Origin: Prorocentrum cordatum
Lineage: Eukaryota
Assembly: GCA_963575745.1 (NCBI GenBank)
Contig: CAUYUJ010000114.1
Coordinates: forward strand, 186,001-250,000
Reading direction: 5' to 3'
DNA: 64,000 bases
Positions 12,518 through 24,904 of this stretch are shown one piece after another; the first letter of the stretch is position 1, and every line of letters begins with the position of its first letter. The position numbers were made by a program, and so were the translations under genes. The notes below the pieces were generated by a model. The model was not told where the DNA came from. It saw only the letters and a list, made by a program, of their open reading frames with translations, and searched no databases.

Positions 12518-14523
12518 CTAGATCGCGAAGCCGTCGGGGCAGCCCTTCGGGCCAGCCATGCCTTCGGGGCAATCCCGCGGGCCGCCGGGGCGCGAGGGCA
12601 GGCCGTCGGGACAGCCCCGCGAGTCAGACCGCCGGGGCAACCCCGCGGGCCCCCAGGCGCGCGCCGCGGCGCTCAGGCGGGAGGCAGCACGAAGCCCAGC
12701 TCGCTCCGCCACAGCCCTGGAGTCCACCGCTCTCCTGTCGAACTCGCGGAGCGCCTTCCGCGGGGGCGCCGGCGGCCCGCGTTCCAGGAACTCTCGCGCG
12801 GGCGGCCGCGGGATCAGCATGTTCCGCATGCACGTGGCGCGGGGGAACGCGACGTAGAGGCGCAGCCACCTCCTCCTCCTCCTCCCCCCCCTCCTCCTCC
12901 TCCTCCTCCTTCCCCTCCTCCTCCTCCTCCCGCTCCCCGTCCTCCTCCACCTCCTCCTCCTCCTCCCCCTCCTCCCCCCCCCCCCTCCTCCTCTTCCCCC
13001 CCCCCCGCCCCCCCCCTCCGCTCCGGCGTCGGCTGGCGCTCTCGCTGGGAAGAGGAGGTCATCCAGCTGCGAGGGCCCATCGCCTCGGCGCGGCGCAGTG
13101 GCCGGCGGCGGCGCCTCCCCCCAGCGGACCCCCGCTTCTGCGAGCGTGACCCGCGGCAGCGACCGCGCATGCAGCCCGCTCACGGCGCGCGCGCAGTAGC
13201 CGCCCCCCTCGCATCTGAGGACGCGGGGCGGCCCAGCTGCGTTCTGCGCGAGGAACTCGCCCCAGGCCCATTTCGCCCCCCGCTCGAACGACGCGAACGC
13301 CGCGGGGGCGCCGTCGGCGAGGAGGGTCGACCGAAACCGATCGCGGCGGGCCCCCATGTCCTCAGCCTCCTGCTGCGTCGGCGGCGCTGTCGTCCTCCAC
13401 CAGTCGTGGTCGAGGACCTGGGGGGCGACGAGCAGCCTCTCCATGGACTCGCAGGCACCCGGGCGCCACCGCACCAGGGCCTCATCGGCGACATAATTTT
13501 CGACGCCGAGCGCACGTGGCGCACCTGGCGCACCTGGGGCACGAGGCGCACCTGGACGGCCTCTCAAAACGAAACCGAATCGAGGAACCCCCGCGGCGCC
13601 CCCGGCCATTTTGATAAAGCGCGTGGCAGACCTGGAAATATGAGACGTATTCTAATCATGTCGCCGATGGCCTCGGCCCCGGGCTTCTCCGTCTTCTCGT
13701 TCGCGAACCTGGCCGCGTTGAGGAGGGCGCCGCACTCCTCCTGGGTCGACCGAACTGAACGCAGAAACTCAATGCGCAACGCGGGCCGCGCGAGCAACGC
13801 AAGGAGCGCAGGCAACGCGAGCCACGCAGCGCAAAGACAAGGCAACCAACGCTCGCAACGCGACCAACGCAACCGACGCAAGACAAATGGCAGCGCGAGC
13901 TTCCGTTGCCAGTCCGTTCGCTCCTCCTTCGTTGCAGCCGCGGTCGCTCGCTTCTGGTCGCCCTCGGGCAGCAGCTCGGGGGGCAAGAGGCGCTTGCCCT
14001 TCCCCTTCTCGGTCTCCTTGCCGTGCCCAGCGCCGTCGCCGGCGCCGGGGCCGCCGGCGCTGGCGCCACCGTCGCCGGCGGCGGCGGCGCTGGCGCAGGC
14101 GCGGGCGCCATTGCTCTCGGCGGGGGCAGCGCCCCAGCCGCTCTTGCCGCCCTCGCCCTCGGCGCCATTGCCCCCGGCGGGGGCAGCGCCCCAGCCGCCC
14201 ACGCGGCCCTCGCCCTCGGCGCCTTTGCTCCCGGCGGGGGCAGCGCCCCAGCCGCCCTTGCCACCCTCGCTCTGGGCGCCTTTGCCCCCGGCGGGGGCAG
14301 CGCCCCAGCAGCCTTTGCCGCCCTCGCCCTTGGCGCCTGCGTTCCCGGCGGGGGCGGCGCCCCAGCCGCCCTCGCCGCCCTCGCCGTCGGCGCCTTGTGC
14401 TTCCCGCGCCGCCCGCGCCTCGAAGTCAGCGCGGGGCCGGGCCACGCGGGGGCTTGCCGCCCGCCGCTGCCGTTCCCGCCCCCTCTTGTTGAGGGCGTTG
14501 GCCTGCTGCGGCGGCGTCGACAT
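12518..14523 (-). CDS. Hypothetical, probably multi-exon gene with 5 x 19-aa GWG-containing repeats
   Basis: GCCGCGGCT-like context before ATG MSTPPQQ; a 57-bp repeat encodes (G/C)WGAAPAGxxGAxGEGGxG; further protein-like blocks in ORF 12518..13609 are separated by G/C-run tracts. Exon structure not resolved. Confidence 0.4.
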
Positions 14524-14869
14524 AGCCGCCGAGGGGCGTAGAAAAAGCAAGGGCCCAACGCCCCAGGAAGCGCAAGTCCGAAAGCGCTCGGCGCAGCCTC
14601 GCTCAAGCCGAGCGCCGCCGCAGTGAAGCCTCTACGCAGGCTCCCAGATATCCGAAGAGGAGGTGTTCCTCCCTCCTCTTCCTCTTCCCCCTCCCCCTCT
14701 TCCCCCATCCTCCCCCCTCCTCCCCACTCCCCCCCCCGCCTCGTCCTCCTCCTCCTCCTCCTCCTGGTCTTCCTCCTCCTCCTCCACCCCCCCCTCCTCC
14801 TCCTCCTCCATTTCAAGAGTGTCCAAGAAGGCCTAGAGGGACTCCGAAGACCTGACCCTCAGGGGCACA

Positions 14870-15072
14870 TCATCATCAGCATCGATCGCCGACGTCATCA
14901 TCAGCAGCAAAATCCGTATGATCATCTTCATCATCATCACCATCATCATCATCACCATCCTCGTCATCATCAGCATCATCATCAGCATCATCATTTGCAG
15001 CATAATAATCACCATCATCATCACCATCGGTATCATCATCATCAGCAACATCGTCAACATCATCATCGTCAT
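14870..15072. repeat. (CAT)n microsatellite
   Basis: Directly visible. Confidence 0.9.
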
Positions 15073-15074
15073 CG

Positions 15075-15361
15075 GATGGGTAACCACCCCTTGCCCGAAC
15101 GCAAAGGCCCCCCCGTGCGCCCGATTCTGCCGACGATGGGTTACCACCGCCAGCCCGAAGACAAGGGGTTACCCCTGCCCCCGATTCGGCCGAAGATGGG
15201 TTACCACCCCCGGCCCGGACGCAAGGGTTCCCCATCTGCTACCCCTGCCCCCGATTCGGCCGAGGATGGGTCACCGCCCCCAGCCCGGACGCAAGGGGCT
15301 ACCCCTGCGTCCGATTCGGCCGAAGATGGGTTACCACCCCCGGCCCGGAGACAAGGGGTCA
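15075..15361. repeat. ~60-bp satellite, left part (host of the TIR transposon)
   Basis: Unit CCCGATTCGGCCGAAGATGGGTTACCACCCCCGGCCCGGACGCAAGGG(G)TTACCCCTGC; it resumes in register at 31010. Confidence 0.85.
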
Positions 15362-16394
15362 CTTGAATCGCCGCCCTGCGTGCTAAACGTTTAGGCTGGT
15401 TACAGGAGGTTAGGGGTAGGTTAGCTAAACTGTTTAGGGGAGGTTACGCGGGGGTGATTATGACCAGTTTACCGCGATCCCGTAACCACCTCAGCCTCAA
15501 CGCCTAAACTGTTCACCCCACCCCCACCCCCCCGTAAACAGTTTAGTAACCTGTTTAGCGAGACCCCAAAAGGCGAATTTCAAGGTTGCGAAGCCTTGTT
15601 TTCATGTTGGGATCTCGAAAAAGGAAGAGGCGGAGGAGGGGTGTGACGGCGGTGGACGGGAGATTGCGCATAGCGATTTGACTTAAGAGAGGTAGGAAAT
15701 CTAGGTATGCTGACGCCGACAGGCGAGGATAACTGAGCCAAACGTCGTCTTTCGCACCGTCATCGGGCCTTCTTGGGAACCTCTTGGGCCATCTCGGGGC
15801 CAGCTTGGAATCCTACTGACCTAGCAAGTTCGGGGCCACCTCGGATGCCTCTCGGGCCGTCTTAGGAGAAGGGGGGGGGGGGGGGGGGGGGGGTGCTGGA
15901 TGTTTGCCATCAAGATAGGCGTGTTGCGTTTATGTTCTTTGTTGTTTCTCGCGTCGGCACTGCCTTGTGGGGTCTCGCCCCGACACGTAAGCGTTAAAAA
16001 AACGGGTCGATACCAAGGATCGCAATGCCGTCCGAGGGAAGGAGGGAGGGTGGGAGGGAGGGAGGGTGGGAGAGAAGGGAGGGGGGGGGAGGGGATGGGA
16101 GGGGGGACAGAGGAGGAGCAGCAACATCAGCAGGAGGTGAAACAGTCTGGTCAGCGCGCAGCAGCGAACGCGTCTTACAGGGCACGGCGCCTTCGCGCCG
16201 AAAGCGAGCTCCTCTGTCGCTGTCGTCGTCGTCGTCGAGGTCGTCGTCGTCGTCGAGGTCGTCGTCGTCGTCGCCCCCGTCCTCCTCATCCCCCATTTCC
16301 GATCCTCTTCCCCCTCCCTCCTCCTCCTTCTTCTCCTCTTCCTCCTCCTCCTCCTCCTCCTCTTCCTCCTCCTCCTCCCTCCCGCCACCCTCAT

Positions 16395-18414
16395 TCAAGC
16401 TGGAGCCGCCCTCTGCCTAAGCTTGGGCGCAAAAAAAAACAACAGTGCTTTCGGGCCCCGCGTCGGCCCGAGAAAAAAAAAAAGACAGGGCTCGATGATC
16501 TGATCCGCGTGAAACATTTCAGTGCAGGAGGCGACAACGCATTTGGCACAGCTCTCGCCGAACGACGACGTGTGCCACAGCGACAGGCAGGTATACATTG
16601 CCCCGTCCACACTGGAGTGGAAGTATACCTGGTCAAACCGAACGCTGCCGCCATGGTGCAGAGCGACCGCGTCGCTCATCAGCACTGCCCTGCCCCCGCA
16701 GTGCACGGATCGCGAGGTCAGGACCTCTTCCGCGCCGCCAAGATTGAAGACGCCTTCGATTGCCGATCGCAACTTCCAACGGGGAGGGTGTGGCGCCAAC
16801 ATATCTACGTCGAACAGTAGGTGGTGTTCTAAGTCGAACAGGTGCTGCACAGAAATCTCAGCCATCAACCCGAACCCATGCCCGACTGTGTTCCTGCGCG
16901 GGGCGGTCATCGTTTTCGCTACTCGATGCTTGCGCTCCACCAGGAAGCAGGACAGCAAACACCCCTGGCGCTCAAGCTGCTGAGGGAGATGTAAAATCCA
17001 ATGGTCCTTGGGCTTAAAAAGGTCCAGCCCGCGCATGGCCCTGTGCAGGGCGAGGTGGCCCGCGATGGCACCCCCCAGGGTTGTGGGCGAGATCAGCCCA
17101 CTGTTGGCGATAGACAACATGCCTAGCACGCGGCAAAGTGCCGCGCAAATCGCGGCCCCTGCTGGCAAAACGCCAGATGGCACCACAACGTCATTCACGT
17201 ACTGCTCGAGGGCTGGCGCTAGACTGATCGATTGGGATGCACCCCCGCTCAGGCGGCCAGAGTGGAAGCACTCAGCGCCGCTGGCGTAGCCCCATCGGCC
17301 ACGCCCAGCCCTTGAGGTAGGCGTGGATCTGCCTGGCGCCCAGGCCGTGGTCCTTCAGGCGAGTTGTGAACTCAGCGATCTCTCTCTGCCACAGCCCGCC
17401 CACGCAATAGCAGCGCATCCAGTCCCACGCGCCGATATCAGCTAGATCAATTGCCAACTGATCGTCTTGCAAGAGAGAGCCCTCGTTGCACGCGAAACCC
17501 ATCAGCGTCTCGGCCTTCTCGAGCTCGGCCTTGGTGGTGGCCTGCTTCAGGTGCCGCAGGTGCAGCTGGATCTCGCGAGTCGCATCGCCAGTGTGAAGTG
17601 CAAACTTGGACACGCCGAGCTCGGTCACGGGCGCGCGGAAGATAGTCGGATCAGGCAGTAAGCTCGAATGTCTGTCAACTATATTGGCGCACAAGAAACA
17701 AGGTTTGATGCCCGAAGCGCCTTTGCACTCCGTCGTGTACTTATGGGCCCGCTCGTCCTGCATTATGATCTTCACGGCGCCGTGGATCATGACAGGGGCG
17801 CCGTCAATGACGATCGCCACGCCGTGGCGCAAGTCAGGCCCATGAGGGAAAGCCATGAACATCTTGAGGGCTATTTTCATCACTGCTGAAAGCCCTGACG
17901 AAACCCCGTCGCACTCTGCGCTACGGATGCAGCATATCGTATTCCAGCACAGCTCGTTGGACAGCCCAGGAAATCCAATCTCTTTGATGGACAAGTATAT
18001 GGCCTGAACCTTTCGAAGGTTCCTATCTGAAAGAACGTTACCAGGGACCGCCTCGCCTGAATATATGACGATGCTGGTTCTGCCAGAGGTTCGACGGACC
18101 ATGTCTAGGAACATGCCCTTGAACGGCTCCGACACTCTGCAGGCGCACTCGACAAACGCCCAAGGGTGCTGCATCCATGCCTCAACGGGCTCGCCGCCAT
18201 CGATATGGATCGTGTGGCATTGCAGGAGGGGGCCGAAACTTGTCGCTTGCTGCGCGGTCTTGTTTCGATGCCGTCTCTGGCTGGATGCACTGATGCATTC
18301 GGGCAGTCCTTCTAATTCAACTCGGCGAAACAGCGCATTGAGGGCAGACCGGGCCACGTCCGAACGCTTTCCAAATGTGCTGGGTTTCGGCCGCTTGCTG
18401 GACGTGTCGGGCAT
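16395..18414 (-). pseudogene. CACTA/EnSpm (CMC/Plavaka-like) DDE transposase, frameshifted near 17290
   Basis: Motifs: IVIYSGEAVPGN (first D appears replaced by G), IMQDERAH, KGASGIKPCFLC, WDWMR (usual DxxH), KPKDHWILHL and FLVERKH (catalytic E). ATG lies in GCAGCCATG context just after an SL relict. Confidence 0.75.
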
Positions 18415-18425
18415 GGCTGCCCACG

Positions 18426-18445
18426 CTTGAGCCCAAATGGCTACG
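18426..18445 (-). other. Relict DinoSL 11 nt upstream of the transposase ATG
   Basis: Minus strand CGTAGCCATTTGGGCTCAAG, one mismatch to the last 20 nt of DinoSL. Confidence 0.85.
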
Positions 18446-18469
18446 CGCGGCGACGTCTGCGATGATGAC

Positions 18470-19860
18470 CCGCGTGCGAGGGCCCCAAGGCGAGCTCCCA
18501 GGTGAGGCGCCTTGGTGGGCGGGGGCCAAGGTGGGGGCGCTCGGGCCCCAGGAAGAGGGCCCAAGGGAAGTCAGGGCCCCGTTGAATGGCATTGCATAGC
18601 TTAGTGTAGCATATCACGGCATGACATACCATTGCATAGCATAACAACTTACCGCCCTAGGCGGGAACGACGCAATTGGGCCCCCAAGGTGAGCTCCCAA
18701 GAGAGGCGCTTTGGTGGGCGGAGGCCAAGGCGGGGCGCTCGGGCCCCAGAAAGGCGAGGGCCCTAAGGGGGGCCAAGCGGGGCCCCGTCGGATAGATTCG
18801 CAAAGCTAGCGCTGCAGGTTATACCACTGCATCGCATAGCACCTTACCGTCGCCATCACGGGGCGGATTGAGGGGGCCGATGGGGCTAAGCCGCATACGG
18901 GGCACACCGCTGCATAGCATGGCAACCTACCGCCGACGACGCAGATTGGGCCCCCAAGGTGAGCTCCCAAGTGAGGCGCCTTGCTGGGCGGAGGCCAAGG
19001 CCGGGCGCTCGGGCTCCAGAAAGGCGAGGGCCGTAAGGGGAGCCAAGCGGGACCCCATCGGATAGCATTGCAAAGCTGGCGTTTTGCAGATCGTAGCACT
19101 TTACCGTCGCCATCATGGGGCGGATTGAGGGGCCGATGGGGCTAAGCCGCATACGGGGCATACCATTGTATCGCATAGCAACCTACCACCAACGACGCAA
19201 TTGGGCCCCCAAGGTGGGCTCCCAAGTGAGGCGCCTTGATGGGCGGAGGCCAAGGCGGGGCGCTCGGGCCCCAGAAAAGCGAGGGCCATCAGGGGAGCCA
19301 AGCGGGACCCCATCGGATAGCATTGCAAAGCTGGCGCTTTGCATATCATAGCACCTTACCGTCGCCATCGTGGGGCGGATTGAGGGGCCGATGGGGCCAC
19401 GCCGCATGCGGGGCATACCATTGGCAACCTACCACCAACGACACAATTGTGCCCCCAAGGTGAGCTCCCAAGAGAAGCGCTTTGGTGGGCGGAGGCCAAG
19501 GCGGGGCGCTCGGGCCCCAGAAAAGGCGAGGGCCATAAAGGGGAGCCAAGCGGGACCCCATCGGATAGCATTGCAAAGCTGGCCTTTTGCATAGCATAGC
19601 ACCTTACCGTCGCCAACATGGGGCGGATTGAGGTGCCGATGGGGCTAAGCCGCATACGGGGCACACCACTGCATAGCACCCTACCACCAACGACGCAAGT
19701 GGGCCCCCAAGGTGAGCTCCCAAGAGAGGCGCATTGGTGGGCAGAGGCCAAGGCTGGGCGCTCGGGCTCCAGAAAATGCGAGGGCCCTCAGGGAAACCAA
19801 ACGGGGCCCCGTTGGACAGCATAGCAAGGCATAGCGTAGCGTCGCGTTGAATGGCATACC
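18470..19860. repeat. ~250-bp tandem repeat array A (about 6 units)
   Basis: GGGCCCCCAAGGTGAGCTCCCAAG recurs at about 18481, 18678, 18948, 19203, 19450 and 19701; same family as 24905-26400. Confidence 0.9.
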
Positions 19861-20396
19861 AGTGCATGTCATAGCATCGTCATCAGTATCATCGTCGTTG
19901 TCCTCATCCGCCTCCTCCTCCTTCCTCCCTCCGCCCTCCTCTATCCCCCCATGGGTCGGGGTGCCTCGGAGACAGCCGTCGCTCGCCCACGGGGCTGAGT
20001 CGACTGTGGGGGGCCAGCAGGGGCCAGGAGGGCTGTGAGTGCTCATGCAGGGCTGCAGGTGGCTATATAGGGTGCTCAGGGGCGAGGGGGGCTAGGCGGT
20101 GCATAGGAGGGCCCGCGAAACTACGAGAGCTAGATGGCTAAGATGATTAGAGAGCCAGGGGGCCAGGAGGGCTGAGAGGGCTATGGGGGCGGGCGGGGCG
20201 AGGAGGGGCGCGTTCCGTTCGAGCGCCGATTCGAGCGTGCACGACACTTGCGGCACTGACCCCCACAGTGCAAACGAAACTGCCGCACCCCAATGCAATG
20301 TATACATGTGCACGCGTCTATAGCATCAGCGACATACGAACGCCCCTATGGGCATCAACTGCACGAACGGAACTGAACTGCTGGCTCAAACAGTCG

Positions 20397-22034
20397 CTAC
20401 GCTTTCAGCACAGCGTAGGCAACGGACGCCAACCTGTAGGCCCCCTTCGCAATCTCAATGATGTCCTTATCCTTCCCGCCTTTCTGGGTCGCCCTGGCCT
20501 TGGCCACGCCATAGGCCCTGCTGGCAAACGCATTGCGGCTCCGCTCACCTAGCTCCGCTGCGACGAAGAGGTCGGAGACGTCCACGGCACATTTGCCCTT
20601 CTTGATCGCGCCCTTCGGCACGGCCTTGGGGGCAATCTTGGTCGGCGCCTTCGTCCCGCTCATGTCCTTGGCAACGGGCTTGCCCGCCAGCGCAGTCGCG
20701 CCCTTGCCCCTGCCCCTGGCCCTGCCGCCCCCGCGGCCGCCGCGGCCGCCGCGGCCCTCGGGCGCCTCCGAGGGGGCAAGGTGGCTCTGAGCCGCCTTCG
20801 CTGCTGCCGACATCGCTGCCACAAGGTCTGCGGAACTGCAGCCCCAGCGGCGGGCTGACCACCCTCAGCGACGACGCTCGGCGGCGCTGCACTCGCTGCA
20901 TCCGCTTCGGGCGCTGGTAGCGGCATGGGCAGCGCCGGCGGAGAGCTCGCAGCATTGTTGGGCCCCCCGCTCCCTTGGGAGTCAGTGAGAGGCGCGGGCG
21001 AGTCCTCGCGCCGCGTCGGGGCAGTCTCGGCGCTGAGGGTGCCTGGGCTGGCGCCCCTCTTGACCCCCTCGGGAGCCGCGCCGTTGAGGTAAACAAGGTT
21101 GGCCTCCGACAGCGGCTGGATATTCCCGCCGCCTTGCATATGCTGGAACATGGTGGCCATCTGCATAAAGCTCTGCATCATGCCCATCATGTCCATGCCT
21201 TGGAAGCTCGCAGATGGCCCCGAACTCCTGCCACGACTGTACGACACCATCTGGTCCGCCGCTTGGGCACCCTTGAACGAGCCGCGGGTGCTGCGGTGCC
21301 CCGCGCTATCTTCGGCGGCATCCATCGCCTGCTTGGTGACCTCAGGAGGGGGCTCGACAGCAGGCCCAGTGCCGCACGCGAAGTCGAGCACGGTTTGGGG
21401 CAGACCAGCTGGGGAATCGGGGTAAAGCTTCACGCGGTCGAATGGCCACCTCGCCCTCTCGTCCATGCTCTTGATGATGCTGCGAATGGTCTTCATGTGC
21501 TGCTTCTTGGTCTCGGCGTCAATCCCCATGCTTGCGGGGGCGCCGACGAGCACGATGAGCTCCATGGCCCGCTTGAGCACGCCATTGCCTGGACACGCGA
21601 TCCCGACGCGGTGCAGCCGCTGCGCGATGACGCGCAGCTTGGGCGGCACCGCGCGGTCGAGGTCCACGATGGCTGACCACTCCTCGGCCGCGAAGTACAT
21701 GTGGACAGACTCGCATGTCTGCTGAGGCCGAGTGGCCGCGCCGCCACCCATGCGAGTCTTCGTGCCCGACTCCATGGCCTTATGAAGGGCCCCTGCCAGC
21801 TGCACCTTCTGCTCCTTTGTCCCAGGCCCAAGGCCCCGCAGCTATCTCCGCGGACACTTGCGTTGCCGTGTCCAAGCAAATGCTCGGCGTGCAATGGATG
21901 GTCGTCACCAATACATGCGTCTGGTCCTGCAGCATTGTCGCCTTCGGGATGCCAGCGGCCACCTGAGCGCCGATGAAGGCCACCCGTTGGCGCAACATTC
22001 CGGGCAGGGTATCGGTCGTGCTCTGCGCTGCCAT
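20397..22034 (-). pseudogene. Transposon cargo gene 2, unknown function, two frameshifts, K/A-rich C-terminal tail
   Basis: ORF pieces 21780..22061, 20660..21805 and 20397..20822 join into one intronless protein-like sequence (MAAQST...RPQQTCESVHMYF..EEW...LYPDSPAGLP...SRNAFASRAYGVAK). Confidence 0.55.
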
Positions 22035-22849
22035 CGCAGCAAGATCGGTAAGAATCAACACGCAAGGGCGCGAAATCTATACACGGCCAAAACACATGCG
22101 GCACGAATGGAGATGACGGTAATTGCAGCGCTCGCATGTGTTTGTTGATGGTGATATTGTTGATGACGTTGTCGTTGTTGCTGCTATGTTCGATGTTACA
22201 GTTGTCGATGATGCTGGTGTTATTGGTGGTTGATGCTGTTGACGTTGATGTTGTCAGTTTTGCTGTTGTTGCTGTTGCTGCTGTTGCTGTTGTTTCTGCT
22301 GTTGTTGCCGCTGATGTTGCTGACAATGTTGCGCGCCCATTGCAGCATGTTGAAGGCGCTTCCGCAACGCACAACGCAATGCAAGTGCAGGCGCGTTGAT
22401 GAGACGGCGGACGGCCCCGACCCCCAGGCAATAGCACGTGACAGGCGCGCGTGAACGCATGTAAGCGCCTGGGCTGGAGCTACAGGAGGATGGGGAGGAG
22501 GACAAAGGACGAGGAGGAGGAGGAGGATGGAGGGGGGGAAGGGCGAGGATGACCAGCAAGACGGAGGAGGGCCGCCCCCTCCAGAAAGCACGGAGCGGGC
22601 GGGCGCCTGCGGCGCCGTCGTGGGCGGGCGCCTGCGGCGCCGTCGTGACCAGCACCCCCTCGCTCTCCCCACCCCTGCCCCGTGCCTCCCTCCCTCATCC
22701 GTCTCTTCTCTCTGCCGCATCCCCCCCTTCCCCCTCATCCCCCCCCCCCCCCCCCCCCCCCCCCCCCACCCACCCACCCACCCACCCACCCCCTCATCGC
22801 GTCGCCATCATTGCCAGTATCATCCCCACTTACGCTCTCAATCCCTCTA

Positions 22850-23280
22850 GATGCGGTGGGGCTGAGGGCGCCCCAACGCATATGTGTTCGGGGCCGAGGG
22901 CGCCCCCGCGCATCCGCTGATGTGTGATGGGGGCTGAGGGCGCCCCAACGCATATGTGTTCGGGACTGAGGGCCCCAACGCATCCGCTGAGATGTGTTGG
23001 GGGCTGAGGGCGCCCCAACACATATTTGTTCGGGGCTGAGGGCGCCCCAGCGCATCTGTCGAGGTGCGTCGGGGGGCTGAGGGCGCCCCAACACATATGC
23101 GTTGGGGCGCCCTCAGCCCCCAACACACTTCAGAAGATGCGCAGGGGGGGGCCCTCAGACCCGAACACATATGTGTTGGGGCGCCCTCAGCCCCCCAGCA
23201 CATCTCAGCAGATGCGCTAGGGCGCCCTCAGCCCCGAACACATATGCGTTGGGGCGCCACGAGGCCCCACCACATCGTGC
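22850..23280. repeat. Foldback (palindromic) array built of GGGGCTGAGGGCGCCCC subrepeats
   Basis: Subrepeats switch orientation at the CATATG centre (23094-23099); the outer arms are reverse complements of each other. Confidence 0.8.
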
Positions 23281-23369
23281 CCAAATCAGGGCCCCTGGTT
23301 TGATCCGAAAGCCGCCCAATACGGTCACGTCCAAGAGGGCGCAGTTGGCCAAGGGCACCGAGGGCCCAT

Positions 23370-23750
23370 TATCACCACCATCACCGTCATGACCATCATC
23401 ATAATCAATGTCCATCCTCACCCTAAACATAACCGCAACCACCGTCATCATCATCATCATCACCACCACCATCATCATAACCAACATCACCCTCATCATG
23501 TTCAACCGTCATCGCCATCGCCATCATCGGCGTCAGCATCACCACCACAATCATCATCATCACTATCATGACCATCATCATGAATATCTTTCTCGTCGTC
23601 GTCGACGTCATCACCATCACCCATATCGTCGTCGTCATGGTCATCATCGCCATCACCATCACCAGTAGCATCACCGCCGTCGTCAGCGTCGTCGGCATCA
23701 CCATGATCACCATCCTCAGCATCAACGCCACCATTTCCTTCAGCATCCAT
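23370..23750. repeat. (CAT/CAC/CGT)n degenerate microsatellite
   Basis: Directly visible. Confidence 0.85.
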
Positions 23751-24058
23751 GACCTTGTGCGCCCTCACTATCAATATCACCCCTCCTCCCTCCATCTTCC
23801 ATCATCCCCCCCCCGCCGCGCCCTCCTCCGCATCGTCCTGCGCCCCGTCTCCATGGCCCGAGGTGCTTCGGAAGTGGCTGAGGGCTCGGGGCACCCAGAG
23901 GAGGAGGATGAGGAGGAGGAGGAGGCGGCGGTGTGGTTGTGCTATGTCTCGTTGAGGTGTCATGCATAGCGCTGGCGGCGTACGGATGGCCGAGCAAGGC
24001 GCCCAAGAGGTAGAACACGCCCCTCCCCACATGCGCCCTCCCCGGCTCGCGCTATGTA

Positions 24059-24829
24059 TTATGACAATCTGCGCGGCGATGTAGCTTGGCGTGCTGTGCA
24101 CAAGTATGCACATGTGCTCTGAACTTGCCCTTGCAGGTCCGTGGACTCGTGAGCGTCGTAGAACGTCTGCAGCACCTTAGCGACGTTGTCGGCCTTGACC
24201 TGCATCTCCTCGTTGGTTGGGGCCCTGATGGACATGGTCTTCACGGCAGGCTTCCTTGCGTTTGCGCAGGTATACCTCACTTGGAGGGCCGCCCTGTAGC
24301 GCAGGAACGTGACGTTCGGCTCCGTAACAATGGGCACGAATTCTCTATCGCGCGCTTCGCCCTCCATCGGCAGCTTCATCAGCGTTTCCACGTTCTCAGG
24401 TGCCAGCTCGAGGGCCAGTTTGGTCCGAAGGTACGGGGCCGTCTCGACGATCATTGAATGGGAGCAGCCCAGGGCGTCGCGAACGGTGATCTCGCGGATG
24501 CTGTCGATCGAGTCGGCCTGCCCTTTCTTCGCCCTCTTGGCACCTGGCCCTTCCCCGCCGACGGAGTCCGCCATGCCGTCGGCATCGTGCTCAGCAGCGC
24601 GCTCGGCGCTCTCCATCATCTCCTGGCACTTGCGATGCCGCGCCTGCTGGCAGGTCTCCAACATCTGAAAGCTGCCGTTCACGAGGCTGCTGAATGATGC
24701 GTTCTTGCGGTCACGCACCACAAACGCCTTGTCGCCGCGCTTGTGGACTCGGTTGGCCCACGAGTTGCACGGCCGCGGGCCCTCGCACGCGCCAATCGCA
24801 ACAAAACCGCCCACGATTATCACGGACAT
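24059..24829 (-). CDS. Transposon cargo gene 3, hypothetical ~256-aa protein
   Basis: Uninterrupted complex ORF from MSVIIVGG with NLS-like AKRAKK; SL relict TTTGGCTCAAG at 24891-24881 upstream. Confidence 0.55.
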   Translation of the reverse strand: MSVIIVGGFVAIGACEGPRPCNSWANRVHKRGDKAFVVRDRKNASFSSLVNGSFQMLETCQQARHRKCQEMMESAERAAEHDADGMADSVGGEGPGAKRAKKGQADSIDSIREITVRDALGCSHSMIVETAPYLRTKLALELAPENVETLMKLPMEGEARDREFVPIVTEPNVTFLRYRAALQVRYTCANARKPAVKTMSIRAPTNEEMQVKADNVAKVLQTFYDAHESTDLQGQVQSTCAYLCTARQATSPRRLS

Positions 24830-24904
24830 GCCTCGAAGCGTCGCCTGCCTCGCAAAACTAAAACAAAAACCGACAGCTGGCTTGAGCCAAAGGGCGACGA
24901 GGAA

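Noticed and set aside
12248..14626. 792-aa plus-strand ORF
   Set aside because: Pro/Arg-rich antisense shadow of GC-rich DNA; the protein-like sequence is on the minus strand.
15360..15364. CACTT as a CACTA-type terminus
   Set aside because: The right end reads ...AAGTA rather than AAGTG, and the satellite empty site is restored only if TA/CA is the target duplication.
20397..20822. DVNP or histone H1-like gene
   Set aside because: K/A-rich composition only, with no DVNP core motif; it reads as the tail of cargo gene 2.
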